From an uncultured Gammaproteobacteria bacterium (GTDB lineage: Bacteria; Patescibacteriota; Patescibacteriia; Buchananbacterales; UBA6539): 64,000 nt of DNA. Below are positions 54,324 to 64,000 of this stretch, one piece after another. Both the position numbers and the translations under genes were made by a program. The notes under the pieces were generated by a model that saw nothing but the letters and a program-made list of their open reading frames with translations, made no database searches and was not told the origin of the DNA. Position 1 is the first letter of the stretch. Each line of letters starts with the position of its first letter. Location: NCBI GenBank assembly GCA_964535715.1, contig CAZHUO010000002.1:16916-80915 (forward strand), written 5' to 3'.

Positions 54324-55586
54324 ATGAACGAATTTAATCATGATGTCTCATTGGGAAAATTAGACAGGTGTCAAATAACTGGTTCCAAAAATCTATTCGA
54401 AGCCATTGATTTGGGACATCAGCCGCCTTGTGATGCCTTGTTAAACGAAGAAGATTTAGATAAGCCGGAAACGACTTACCCGTTAAAGCTGATGATTTGT
54501 CCTGATTCCGGTCTTGGTCAGCTGGATTTTGTTGTTGACGGCTCCATTATTTATCCGCCTAATTATCCCTACCGTGCCGGCATATCAAAACCTTTGCGCG
54601 AATACCAGCAATCATTTGCCGATGGTGTAGTTGATAAATATAAAATTGAAAAAGATTCGTTGTGTGTTGATATTGGCAGTAATGACGGAACTTTGCTTAC
54701 CGGCTTTAAAAAACATGGAATGAAAACACTTGGAGTTGAACCGACAAACATGTCAAAATTTGCTGTTTTAGAAAATAATATCGAAACTATACAGGAATTT
54801 TTTACTGAAAAAGTTGCCGCCGAAATAGTTGAAACAAGGGGATACGCCAAGGTTATAACAATGACGAATGTTTTTGCCCATATGGCGCCTCTTGGCGAAG
54901 TTATGCGCGGTATAAACAAGCTAATGGATAAAGATGGTATTTTTATCACTGAAAGCCAATATTTATTGGATGTTTTAGAAAGCAACCAATTTGACGGGAT
55001 TTACCATGAGCATATAAGAACCTATAGTTTTAAATCGCTGGTAACGCTTTTCTCTTATTATGATATGGAAGTTTTTGATGTCCAGCGCGCAAGTCGGTAT
55101 GGTGGTAATATTCGGGCTTATATTGCTCGCAAAGGTGTAAAAAAAATCAGTCCGGAAGTTAAAAAATTACTTGATTTGGAAGAGAAAGTCGGACTGCATA
55201 GGCCTGAAGCTTGGGCCAAGTGGCACAAAAGAGTAATGGATAATCGGATTAAATTTATGGAACATGCCTATAGCGTTAAAAGTAAAGGTCAAAAATTAGT
55301 TGCTGATTCATGCCCTGGCCGTGGAGCGGTTTTAGTTAATTATTATGGTATTGACCACAACTTAATGCCATATATAGCCCAATTGCCCGGATCTGAAAAA
55401 ATTGGAAAATATTTGCCGGGAACCCATATTCCGATTGTTGATAATAAAATTATATTGGAAGAGCAGCCGGATTATATTGTGATTCTTGCCTGGCATTATA
55501 GCGATTATATTATAGATAATTGGCGCAAAAAAGGAGTAAAATCTAAATTTATCTTGCCTTTGCCGGAATTTAAAATTGTTGATTAA
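54324..55586 (+). CDS. SAM-dependent C-methyltransferase family protein (N-terminal Zn-ribbon Methyltransf_13-like plus C-terminal C-methyltransferase domain)
   Basis: CQITGS...C.DSG Cys pattern, then [11 protein letters not shown]. Confidence 0.6.
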   Translation: MNEFNHDVSLGKLDRCQITGSKNLFEAIDLGHQPPCDALLNEEDLDKPETTYPLKLMICPDSGLGQLDFVVDGSIIYPPNYPYRAGISKPLREYQQSFADGVVDKYKIEKDSLCVDIGSNDGTLLTGFKKHGMKTLGVEPTNMSKFAVLENNIETIQEFFTEKVAAEIVETRGYAKVITMTNVFAHMAPLGEVMRGINKLMDKDGIFITESQYLLDVLESNQFDGIYHEHIRTYSFKSLVTLFSYYDMEVFDVQRASRYGGNIRAYIARKGVKKISPEVKKLLDLEEKVGLHRPEAWAKWHKRVMDNRIKFMEHAYSVKSKGQKLVADSCPGRGAVLVNYYGIDHNLMPYIAQLPGSEKIGKYLPGTHIPIVDNKIILEEQPDYIVILAWHYSDYIIDNWRKKGVKSKFILPLPEFKIVD

Positions 55587-55588
55587 AT

Positions 55589-56686
55589 ATGATTCAATTT
55601 TTGAACTTAAAAAAAATAAATGCCATTCATCGGGAAGAATTAATTGATGTGGTCAAAGGTGTTATCGACTCTGGATCTTATATATTGGGAGAAAAAGTTA
55701 AAGATTTTGAAAAAAAGTTTTCTGAATATTGTGGTGTCAGCCATACCGTTGGTACGGGTAATGGTTTAGACGCATTAACTTTAATTTTTCGATCATATAA
55801 GGAAATGGGAGCATTAAAAGATAATGATGAAGTTTTGGTGCCGGCTAATACCTACATTGCGACTATTTTGGCTATCACAGAAAATAATTTAAAGCCGATT
55901 TTGATTGAACCAGATATTGCTTCCAGTCAGATTAATATTGATTTTTTAAAAAAAAGCATTAATAAAAAAACCAAAGCATTAATTGTTGTACATCTTTATG
56001 GTCAAATTGATTTTTCCGACGATATAATAAGGATTGCAAAAAAGCATAAGCTGATTATTATTGAGGACTGTGCTCAAGCTGCCGGCGCGATTTATCAAGG
56101 AAAAAAAGCTGGATCGCTGGGTGATGCAGCCGGATTTAGCTTTTATCCGTCAAAAAATTTGGGGGCGTTAGGTGACGCCGGTGCGATTACGACAAGCAAT
56201 AAAGAATTAGCTGAAATTGCCAGGGCATTAAGAAATTATGGAAGTCACAAAAAGTATCATAATATATTCAAAGGCGTTAATAGTCGCTTGGATGAAATTC
56301 AGGCGGCTGTTTTGTTGGTTAAGCTTAAATATCTTGATCAAGAAAATAGCAAGCGAAAAGAAATTGCCAAGCTTTATTTAAAAAAAATTAAAAACGATAA
56401 ATTAAAAATGCCGACTTTGAACTCAGAAGAATCGCATGTCTGGCATTTATTCGCTTTAAGGACTGCTAATCGGGATGAGTTTGGCAAATTTTTATTGAAA
56501 AATGGGATTGAATATTATATTCATTATCCCATTCCTCCTCATTTTCAGCCGGCTTTCTCCGAGTGGAAAAATGAAAAATTTCCAGCCAGTGAAGAAATTC
56601 ATAAAACAACTATTAGTTTGCCATTAGACATATCAATGACAGCTGATGAAATAGAAAAAGTTATAGAAGTATGTAATGCTTATTAG
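55589..56686 (+). CDS. DegT/DnrJ/EryC1/StrS family PLP-dependent sugar aminotransferase
   Basis: [18 protein letters not shown] with the active-site Lys. Confidence 0.9.
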   Translation: MIQFLNLKKINAIHREELIDVVKGVIDSGSYILGEKVKDFEKKFSEYCGVSHTVGTGNGLDALTLIFRSYKEMGALKDNDEVLVPANTYIATILAITENNLKPILIEPDIASSQINIDFLKKSINKKTKALIVVHLYGQIDFSDDIIRIAKKHKLIIIEDCAQAAGAIYQGKKAGSLGDAAGFSFYPSKNLGALGDAGAITTSNKELAEIARALRNYGSHKKYHNIFKGVNSRLDEIQAAVLLVKLKYLDQENSKRKEIAKLYLKKIKNDKLKMPTLNSEESHVWHLFALRTANRDEFGKFLLKNGIEYYIHYPIPPHFQPAFSEWKNEKFPASEEIHKTTISLPLDISMTADEIEKVIEVCNAY

Positions 56687-56713
56687 AGGTTTACTTTTAA
56701 CATAAATAAATTT

Positions 56714-57085
56714 ATGAATCCAATAATTTTTTTGCTTATAGCTGACGTTTTAATGGCGGTTTGCGGACAGTTGCTTTTAAAAAAAGGAATGACAATATTA
56801 GGGCCGATTGATTTTAACTTAAATAATATTTGGGTTTTAATAATCAGCGCCTTAAAAAATATTTATATTTGGATTGCAGTGATTTGCTATGTGCTGGGCT
56901 TGGTTTTTTGGCTTTTTATTCTGTCAAAAGTCAAACTTTCAGTGGCCTATCCGATAACAGCATTAGTATACGTTTTAGTCGTATTCAGCTCATGGCTTTT
57001 ATTAAAAGAAGAAATAGGTGTATATCAAATTGTTGGAACAGGCTTAATAGTTTTTGGCTTGTTGTTCATGTTTAAATTTTTATAG
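56714..57085 (+). CDS. small 4-TM DMT/SMR-like protein (GtrA/ArnE/ArnF-like lipid-linked sugar flippase subunit)
   Basis: 123 aa with 4 TM. It sits between the GT2/aminosugar genes and a GT-C-like transferase. Confidence 0.55.
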   Translation: MNPIIFLLIADVLMAVCGQLLLKKGMTILGPIDFNLNNIWVLIISALKNIYIWIAVICYVLGLVFWLFILSKVKLSVAYPITALVYVLVVFSSWLLLKEEIGVYQIVGTGLIVFGLLFMFKFL

Positions 57086-57086
57086 A

Positions 57087-58874
57087 ATGAACCAAAAAAT
57101 AAAAATTTTTTTTACACGCCATTATCTAGCAATTTTATTTTCTATTTTAGTCGGCTTGATTTATATTTGGCCGCATGTCTGGTTTATCGCATCAAATAGC
57201 GATATTTATCAAGGAATACCCTTAATGCAGATTGATAATGAGGATTTTTACTTAGCCCGAATGCAAGAAATTTTAGACGGTCATCCATCATTAGGGTCGC
57301 CGGCTTTTTTTGAATATAAAGATCAGCCGCCAATGTCTCCGCCAACAGTTGAGATTTTATATGCATTGCCGACTATCTTTTTAGGTATTCCGTTGATAAT
57401 TACGCTTACCGCAAGTAAATTTATTTTACCGTTAGTTCTTTTTTTACTTATTTATTCGTTTATTTTTTCATTGCTTGGCCGTGAAAATAATTTAGCAAAT
57501 AAAATCAGCTCTATTGCTGGCGCAGCCCTTATTTTATTGGGTTATGATTTAATTGATTATCGTTATATTTTTAATTTATTATCAGGGTCTATAGAGCCGA
57601 GCAGATGGCTGATTTGGACAAGACCAGTAAATCCTATAACCGGCGCTATTTTCCTATTTTCTTTTTTATTATTTCTTAAAGCTGCGGTTTGTAATACTAA
57701 AAAATCACTAATACCAGCTATTGGGGCGGGATTTTTTTTGGCCTTGATGTTTTCCAGTTATTTTTTTAGCTGGGGAATTGCACTTTCGATATTAGCTATG
57801 ATGGGATTCTTTTATATTTTACGGCGTAATTATTATGTTGTTAAACGCATTATATTAATATCAATCCTTGGAATATTTTTATCCCTTCCTTACTGGTATT
57901 CATCATGGCAGGCAAAACAAAATATTTGGTACGATGAGGCTTTATTAAAAAGCGGTTTGTTTTATACCCACTACCCATTATTTAATAAAGTATTGATTGT
58001 ATCCTTTCTAATCTACCTCTTATTTTTACTTTTTAAGTTTTTTAATAATTCTCGTCGTTTCAATTTTGAAGACAATGATTATTTTATTTTGGCTCTTTTG
58101 ACCGGTGGCTTATTTGCCTTTAACCAGCAGGTTATTACCGGAATGACTGTTTGGCCATTTCATTTTGTCCAATATACTATTCCTTTTTCGATTATTGCCG
58201 GAATTATAGTATTACATAATATCACATATAAACACTGCAGGGTTGTTTGGCTAATGGCTATAGGTATTATCATTTTGGCTTCATCGTCTTACGGAATATA
58301 TATTCAATTTGCTACATATTCTAATTATTTGGAATATAATAAGTCGGTTCAAGACTATGCGGCATTATTTAAATGGATTAATAGCCAGGAAAAAGACTGC
58401 GTTGTTTTAGTTGCCGGTGATCGCAGGCAATTTAAAGAGCTGAGTGGCTTGGTTCTTGCTTTTACTCATTGCAATCAATATAGTAATGAATGGGCATATA
58501 CCTTAATGCCTTCGGAAAGAGTTTATCATAACTATTTAGTTAATTTGAGAATGAAAGGAATATCAGCTGATGGGTTTGAAGAATATTTACAAAAAAATTT
58601 CTCAGAAGCAAGATCTTTTTTGTTTTCTAATTGGGCGGGATTATACGGAGTTTCTACATTTCCTGACTTTACAGATGAAAAATTACAAGAAAGAATCAAA
58701 GGGTTGCCTGGTGATTATCATGAGTTTCTAAAAAAAGATTTTAAAACAGAACTAAATAAATATCGTTTGGATTTTATTATATCTTTTGGGCCCTTGTCGG
58801 AGCAGGCTATGAGTCAATTAAGTGATATAAAATTTCTTGAAAAAATAAATAATTTGTTCATTTATGAATATTAA
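57087..58874 (+). CDS. GT-C fold-like polytopic membrane glycosyltransferase (ArnT/PMT-like) - tentative
   Basis: At least 10 TM segments. An acidic DNEDFY motif lies in the first external loop. Assignment leans on context. ATG 57087 used. Confidence 0.45.
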   Translation: MNQKIKIFFTRHYLAILFSILVGLIYIWPHVWFIASNSDIYQGIPLMQIDNEDFYLARMQEILDGHPSLGSPAFFEYKDQPPMSPPTVEILYALPTIFLGIPLIITLTASKFILPLVLFLLIYSFIFSLLGRENNLANKISSIAGAALILLGYDLIDYRYIFNLLSGSIEPSRWLIWTRPVNPITGAIFLFSFLLFLKAAVCNTKKSLIPAIGAGFFLALMFSSYFFSWGIALSILAMMGFFYILRRNYYVVKRIILISILGIFLSLPYWYSSWQAKQNIWYDEALLKSGLFYTHYPLFNKVLIVSFLIYLLFLLFKFFNNSRRFNFEDNDYFILALLTGGLFAFNQQVITGMTVWPFHFVQYTIPFSIIAGIIVLHNITYKHCRVVWLMAIGIIILASSSYGIYIQFATYSNYLEYNKSVQDYAALFKWINSQEKDCVVLVAGDRRQFKELSGLVLAFTHCNQYSNEWAYTLMPSERVYHNYLVNLRMKGISADGFEEYLQKNFSEARSFLFSNWAGLYGVSTFPDFTDEKLQERIKGLPGDYHEFLKKDFKTELNKYRLDFIISFGPLSEQAMSQLSDIKFLEKINNLFIYEY

Positions 58875-58943
58875 TTAATTATTTCTCAGTTTCTTAATTT
58901 TTTGGCTTATCTTAGATAAAAAAAGTAATTTATATGATACTTG

Positions 58944-58982
58944 TTGACACCTATTGACACCATCATAAATTGCAGTTATAAT
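58944..58982 (+). promoter_or_regulatory. sigma70-like promoter with duplicated -35
   Basis: TTGACA at 58944 and at 58954. From the second, a 17-nt spacer leads to TATAAT (58977-58982). Confidence 0.45.
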
Positions 58983-59007
58983 TTAGAGTATTAATCCTAA
59001 TCATTAT

Positions 59008-59256
59008 ATGAATCAAGAAATTAAGCCAAACGCAGTTTATACTACCGAGGAAACTCAAGAATTACTTAAAATCAGCAGGAGTACTATTAAACGAATGCTT
59101 AAGAAAGGCTTGATCCGAGCAAATAAAGTTGGCGCCCAATATCGAATTTTAGGTAAAGAGATTTTAAGATTAGTTTCGCCTGAAATTGAGAAAGAGGCGG
59201 CTAAGCGCTACATGAAGGTTAAGGGTAAGGTAGTTGAAACCATTAATAAATGGTAG
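59008..59256 (+). CDS. small helix-turn-helix DNA-binding protein (excisionase/MerR-like HTH_17)
   Basis: YTTEETQELLKISRSTIKRMLKKGLI HTH. Confidence 0.55.
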   Translation: MNQEIKPNAVYTTEETQELLKISRSTIKRMLKKGLIRANKVGAQYRILGKEILRLVSPEIEKEAAKRYMKVKGKVVETINKW

Positions 59257-59272
59257 TTTTTTTTATTTTATT

Positions 59273-61069
59273 ATGACAGCCAAAAATAATCGCGTCGTTA
59301 CAATAATTAAATTATCCAATAAAGCTTTTGGTAAGTATAAAAAGCAGATTTTAATTTTGATTCTTTTAGGATTTGCTGGGGCATTTTTGGAAGGCATTGG
59401 AGTAAATGCCATTATTCCGCTTTTTTCTTTTGTTATTGGCGATACTCAAAATAATAGCGATATGATTTCGCAAGTAATTGAACAGTTTTTTGGATTTATA
59501 AAAATTGATTTCAATGTAAACTATTTGCTGATTTTTATCATAATTATGTTTGTCTTAAGATCATTTATTAAAGTTTATCTTGATTATGTAAGAATAAAGA
59601 TTACTGCAGAGTATGAGAATGAAACCCGTAACTTCATTTTTCAGAAAATATTAAAATCTGATTGGCCACATTTAATAAAACAAAAATTAGGATACCTCGA
59701 AAATATTATGCTAATAGACGTTCCTTATAGTGCCCTTATCCTTCGGGAAATTAGTACTATTATAATGTTAGCTACGAGTTTGATTGTTTATCTTTTGGTG
59801 GCTTTTAATATTAATTTAATAATTACACTTTTAACCTTAGCTTTGGGGTTGATAATTTTTTTGGTTTTAAAGCCCCTAAATTATAAGACAAAAGTCTTAT
59901 CTACTGATTCTGCCAAGCAGAATAAAAACATTACTCACCATATTACGGAAAATATTTTAGGAATTAAAACCGTAAAAAGTATGTGGGTTTCTTCCGGTGT
60001 TGAAGAAAAAGGAAAATATTTTTTTGATAAACTCTATAATATTAAAATAAAAATTTTTGTTATCAAAAGTATTATTAGTTCGTTTATTCAGCCAATAGGT
60101 TTAATTTTTGTTTGTTTGGTTTTTGCTTTTACTTATAAATCCTCGAGTTTTAATCTAGCTTCTTTGGCGGCAATTATTTATTTAATTCAGAAAATTTTTA
60201 CTTATATTCAACAACTTCAGCAAAGTCTAAATATTATGAATGAAAAATTGCCTTATTTAAAAAGTTCTCTTGATTATCAAGAGCAAGCCATTAAAAATGA
60301 AGAAGAAAATTATGGAAATAAGAAGTTTGTCTTTAATGACGAATTAAGATTCAACAATGTTAATTTTAAATATAGTGAAAACGATAATGAAAGAAAAGTG
60401 CTGAATGATATTAGTTTTACTGTTAAAAAAGGAGAGATGGTCGGTATGATTGGTCCTTCTGGCGTGGGTAAAACTACTTTAGTCGATTTAATATTAAGAC
60501 TTTTGAAACCGGATAGCGGCAGTATTACCTTGGATGGTGAAGATATATCAAAAATTGATCTAAAATCTTGGCGTAAGAATATTGGATATATATCTCAAGA
60601 TATGTTTTTAATGAATGACACAATTGCCAATAATATTAAATTTTATGATAATTCTATTACTGATGATAATTTAATTAAAGCGGCTAAGATGGCAAATATT
60701 TACGAATTTATTGAAAATTTACCGGATAAATTTGAAACCAACATCGGCGAACGGGGAGTCAGGCTTTCCGCCGGTCAGCGCCAGAGAGTAGTGATTGCTC
60801 GTATTTTAGCTCATGGTCCGGAGATTTTAATTCTTGATGAAGCTACTAGTGCTCTTGATAATCAATCAGAAATTAAAATACAAAAAGTTTTAGATAATTT
60901 AAAGGGTAATATTACAGTTTTGGCAATTGCCCATCGGTTAACAACGGTCGAAGGATCGGATAAGCTTTTAATTGTAGAAAATGGATGTATCAGCGAACAA
61001 GGGCTTCCTCAGGAGTTATTAAAGAACAGGGAGTCTTATTTTTCTAAAACGTATAATCTAAAAAAATAA
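59273..61069 (+). CDS. ABC transporter, fused permease/ATP-binding exporter (MsbA/PglK/Wzk-like)
   Basis: Six TM segments, then GPSGVGKTT, LSAGQRQRVVIAR and ILILDEATSALD. First ATG used. Confidence 0.85.
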   Translation: MTAKNNRVVTIIKLSNKAFGKYKKQILILILLGFAGAFLEGIGVNAIIPLFSFVIGDTQNNSDMISQVIEQFFGFIKIDFNVNYLLIFIIIMFVLRSFIKVYLDYVRIKITAEYENETRNFIFQKILKSDWPHLIKQKLGYLENIMLIDVPYSALILREISTIIMLATSLIVYLLVAFNINLIITLLTLALGLIIFLVLKPLNYKTKVLSTDSAKQNKNITHHITENILGIKTVKSMWVSSGVEEKGKYFFDKLYNIKIKIFVIKSIISSFIQPIGLIFVCLVFAFTYKSSSFNLASLAAIIYLIQKIFTYIQQLQQSLNIMNEKLPYLKSSLDYQEQAIKNEEENYGNKKFVFNDELRFNNVNFKYSENDNERKVLNDISFTVKKGEMVGMIGPSGVGKTTLVDLILRLLKPDSGSITLDGEDISKIDLKSWRKNIGYISQDMFLMNDTIANNIKFYDNSITDDNLIKAAKMANIYEFIENLPDKFETNIGERGVRLSAGQRQRVVIARILAHGPEILILDEATSALDNQSEIKIQKVLDNLKGNITVLAIAHRLTTVEGSDKLLIVENGCISEQGLPQELLKNRESYFSKTYNLKK

Positions 61070-61070
61070 T

Positions 61071-62567
61071 ATGAAGGTTTGTTTTTTACTACAAAGAGAA
61101 TTTGCTTATATAGGCCATGATTTAGCTGTTCATTTGAAAAACCGTCATGGAATTGAAGAATTTTGTGCTTATGTATTAAATCGTCCGAGTTACAGGTTTC
61201 TTAAATTTCAAAAAGAAATTAATTATTCCAGTTTACTTTTAGATGAAGATCTTCACCGCAAGGCCGAAAAAGAAAAATTGGATTTGAAGTATGTAAAATT
61301 TTTAGAAGAAGAATATGGTATTCCTAATCTTTGGCCGTATGTTGAAGTCGACAGAATTATCCGTCTTAACCAATTGGTCAGAGAATATCCCATGGAAGCC
61401 AGAAAGTATACTCACGAGCAAATGATGATTCAAATTCAAGTTCGAGCCAAAGCCATTATTGAGATGCTGGAAAAAGAAAAGCCTGATTATTTGTTTTGTA
61501 CTGTTGTCGGCGGCATAGGGGGGCTATTACTTTTTAATATTGCCAAAAAAATGGGAATAAATGTCCGCATGATAATGCCGGGAAAAGTTGGGACAAGATA
61601 TCTAATTTCCGAGGCTTATGACAGTTTTGTAGAAATTGACAAGGAACTTGATTCTCTCATTGCAGACGGCAAAAATGTAGATAACTATGAAGAGGCTAAA
61701 AAAATTCTGATTGATTTTAGAAATCATCCGACTTCATATGCAAAAATGACAAATTTTTATTTAGAACGTGCCAGACAAATCAAACAGTTTGATTTTATTC
61801 TACCATCAAAAGTGGTCAGATATTTAAATTGGCTTTTTGGCAGGGTGTATTATTATTTTTCCCAAGAAGATAAATATGATTATACTTATATAAAAATTTT
61901 ACCAAAAATAAAGGATCAAATAGTTCGTAAATTGCGGGCAGTAAGGGGAATGAATGATCTCTTCGATGATATTGATTTGGATAATGAAGACTTTGTTTTT
62001 TTTCCTCTCCATATGGAACCAGAGACTACCTTGCTTCTTTATGCTTATAGATATACAAATCAGATTGAAGTAATAAAGCAGGTTGCAAAATCTTTGCCAA
62101 TTCATTTTAAACTTTATGTTAAAGAACACCCCCGCATGGTTGGTTTTAGGACTCGTAAATATTATAAGGAATTAAAGAAGATTCCCAACGTTAAATTAGT
62201 AAGACATCAGGCTAGCAGTCTGGAATTAATAAAGAAAGCCAGGCTGGTTACTGTCATTAGCGGTTCGGCTGGCTGGGAAGCTATTCAGCTGAAAATTCCA
62301 GTCATTACTTTTGGCGGAGTATTTTTTAACAAGCTTTCAATGGTCAAAAGTTGTGATAGTTATAATAAATTATCTAACATTGTAAAGCAGCAATTGGAAA
62401 ATTTTGATTATAACGAAGAAGAGATTATTAATTATGTTGGATTAATACTAAAACATAGCGTACTTGTTGATTTAAGACATCTTTGGCATCATGAATCAGA
62501 TAAAAAGAAAAAAAGAGAAGATCTAACAATATTAGCTGATTTAATTGCTGAGTATATAAAAAAATGA
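61071..62567 (+). CDS. hypothetical; possibly capsule polysaccharide biosynthesis (KpsS/KpsC-like Capsule_synth) family
   Basis: YVKEHPRM....VISGSAGWEAIQLKIPVITFGG resembles the KpsS/C C-terminal region. Weak, from memory. Confidence 0.35.
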   Translation: MKVCFLLQREFAYIGHDLAVHLKNRHGIEEFCAYVLNRPSYRFLKFQKEINYSSLLLDEDLHRKAEKEKLDLKYVKFLEEEYGIPNLWPYVEVDRIIRLNQLVREYPMEARKYTHEQMMIQIQVRAKAIIEMLEKEKPDYLFCTVVGGIGGLLLFNIAKKMGINVRMIMPGKVGTRYLISEAYDSFVEIDKELDSLIADGKNVDNYEEAKKILIDFRNHPTSYAKMTNFYLERARQIKQFDFILPSKVVRYLNWLFGRVYYYFSQEDKYDYTYIKILPKIKDQIVRKLRAVRGMNDLFDDIDLDNEDFVFFPLHMEPETTLLLYAYRYTNQIEVIKQVAKSLPIHFKLYVKEHPRMVGFRTRKYYKELKKIPNVKLVRHQASSLELIKKARLVTVISGSAGWEAIQLKIPVITFGGVFFNKLSMVKSCDSYNKLSNIVKQQLENFDYNEEEIINYVGLILKHSVLVDLRHLWHHESDKKKKREDLTILADLIAEYIKK

Positions 62568-63496
62568 TTACCATAAGTTCAATTTGTTATCATTATATTG
62601 CTAGAGGGGATGAATTTAAAAGGATTTGGGGGCACAGCTTTGAGCTTTTCAAAGAGCATATAGATTTTTTTAAAAAGAATAAAAGAATTATTGACCCGCA
62701 AGATGTTTTGCATGAAAGATTTGAAGAAGGGAATAATTATATTCTTTTGACATTCGATGATGGTCTGAAAGAGCATATTAGGATAGCTGATTATTTAGAT
62801 AGTCTAAAGCTGAAAGGGATTTTTGCTATCCCAACTTGCATATTAAGAGAAGAACCTTCAAATCCCCAGATAATCCATTTTGGCTCGGCCTATTATGGAA
62901 TAAGAAAATTCTATAGCTTCGTTGCCAAAGAAATAGAAAGTAATTTTTCTCAAGATTATTTTTTGCTGGCAGAGAAGCCAAATAGATTAGACATCAATGA
63001 GTTGCACAGAACTACTAAAGATATTTTTAAACGCAGAGTGGCACCGGTAATAGGCAGGAGGATATTATTAAATATTTTTAATAACAAAATTAAAAAGGAT
63101 TTTCCAAATTTTATGGAATTGGTGCATTTAAATAAGAAAGACATTGTTAATTTGGTAAAAAAAGGGCATACTGTTGCGGTTCACTCCGATACCCACCCTG
63201 TTGTTAGGAATATTGAAACAGATAAAGGCTTAATTTCAAAAGAAATTATGAAATCAAAGGCAAGTCTTTCCGGTTTAATTGGCCGGGAAGTGGAAATTTT
63301 TGCTTATCCTTTTGGAGAAAAAAATGATATTATAAATGATACAACAATTTTGACTGAAGCTGGCTATAAACAAATTTTAACCACTTATCAAGCCGGATTA
63401 GATTTTAATCAGTTGAATCTGGGTAGATATTGTTCACAAAGCCAGGATCAAGCTGAAAATTTGGCTAACCAGCTTTGGAAATATAAAGTTAAATAA
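62564..63496 (+). CDS. polysaccharide deacetylase-like (NodB homology) protein
   Basis: ILLTFDDGL and HSDTHP motifs. Confidence 0.55.
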   Translation: MITISSICYHYIARGDEFKRIWGHSFELFKEHIDFFKKNKRIIDPQDVLHERFEEGNNYILLTFDDGLKEHIRIADYLDSLKLKGIFAIPTCILREEPSNPQIIHFGSAYYGIRKFYSFVAKEIESNFSQDYFLLAEKPNRLDINELHRTTKDIFKRRVAPVIGRRILLNIFNNKIKKDFPNFMELVHLNKKDIVNLVKKGHTVAVHSDTHPVVRNIETDKGLISKEIMKSKASLSGLIGREVEIFAYPFGEKNDIINDTTILTEAGYKQILTTYQAGLDFNQLNLGRYCSQSQDQAENLANQLWKYKVK

Positions 63497-63500
63497 TATT

Positions 63501-64000
63501 ATGAATATAAAAAAAGTAGTATTGCTTAATAAAGTCGGGGATATTATTGATGGAATCGAAAAACCTGTTGATTCCTATAATTCAGGCAATATTTATCCTC
63601 TAGTGATTGAAAATTATGTTTGGAACAAAGAGATGCAAAGAAACAGTGCTGAAATTTATAAGGATAAAATTAAAAGGGTTTATGATATAGATAATATTCC
63701 CGGAGAAACTAAAAAAATGGTTGAAGATGATATATGCAGAATAGATTTAATAAAGACTTTTGACTATGGACCCAAGGTGTTGGAAGTTGGTTGCAGTGAT
63801 GGAACTGTCAGTATCAAACTTGCTGAATTACCGACCACTGAATTAATTTTAGGAATTGATATACGCCAATCTGCTATTGATGATGGACATAATTTGATTG
63901 ACAAGCTAGTTAAGGAAAAAAAATTAACCAATGAAGCGGCAAAAAAAGTCAGGCTGGAAGAATTTAGAATAGAAGATTTACCGGTTAATTATGGTAAATA
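63501..64000 (+). CDS. class I SAM-dependent methyltransferase (5' partial; runs off the window)
   Basis: VLEVGCSDGTVS motif I. Open to the window end. Confidence 0.6.
   Translation, partial: MNIKKVVLLNKVGDIIDGIEKPVDSYNSGNIYPLVIENYVWNKEMQRNSAEIYKDKIKRVYDIDNIPGETKKMVEDDICRIDLIKTFDYGPKVLEVGCSDGTVSIKLAELPTTELILGIDIRQSAIDDGHNLIDKLVKEKKLTNEAAKKVRLEEFRIEDLPVNYGK

Overview
This is an AT-rich bacterial segment: about 30% GC by eye through most of the window, not computed. Genes are tightly packed, mostly on the + strand, with few obvious Shine-Dalgarno sites. The gene content is listed below.

- **Housekeeping genes:** rlmN, HU, uppS, rarA, a 2-oxoacid:ferredoxin oxidoreductase alpha/beta pair, an L,D-transpeptidase and two NUDIX hydrolases.
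- **Type IV pilus parts:** pilT, a prepilin and small membrane proteins.
- **ECF sigma operon:** an ECF sigma/anti-sigma pair lies upstream of a 1189-aa T/S/G-rich surface protein.
- **CotH–VTC–DUF4956 triad:** three adjacent genes at 34762-39076.
- **Surface-glycan locus (39.1-64 kb):**
  - Seven GT4 glycosyltransferases and one GT2.
  - A nucleotide-sugar dehydrogenase, a DegT aminotransferase, AsnB and a B12-radical SAM enzyme.
  - Five or six SAM methyltransferases.
  - A small GtrA/ArnE-like flippase and a GT-C-like transferase.
  - A fused ABC exporter and deacetylases.

This style resembles a small-genome anaerobe, possibly Patescibacteria/CPR-like, but that assignment is only an impression.

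The stand-out feature is a compositionally foreign cassette at about 64-2075, roughly 50% GC against 30% around it. It has a sigma70-like promoter, then a 27-aa Cys-free peptide ORF with a near-consensus RBS that is too short for the ORF track. A perfect 11-bp stem-loop follows, then a PqqD-like RRE + radical SAM (unusual Cx5Cx2C) + SPASM enzyme and an intrinsic terminator. This is the architecture of a RiPP precursor/maturase pair, with chemistry that cannot be assigned from the peptide sequence.

The second notable region is a tRNA-Pro(CGG) gene on the - strand at 16146-16222. It is followed by two truncated direct copies of its own 3' end, separating three short cassettes. One cassette encodes a small GIY-YIG nuclease, which looks like a tandem integration hotspot of miniature elements.

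Several structured noncoding elements are also noted:
- A family of long hairpins with a CCCGCAC core.
- An IR-flanked GC-rich 320-bp element.
- Tandem hairpin repeats downstream of the surface protein gene.
- AT-rich simple-repeat inverted repeats upstream of genes.

No CRISPR array, rRNA or integrase/transposase gene was seen.
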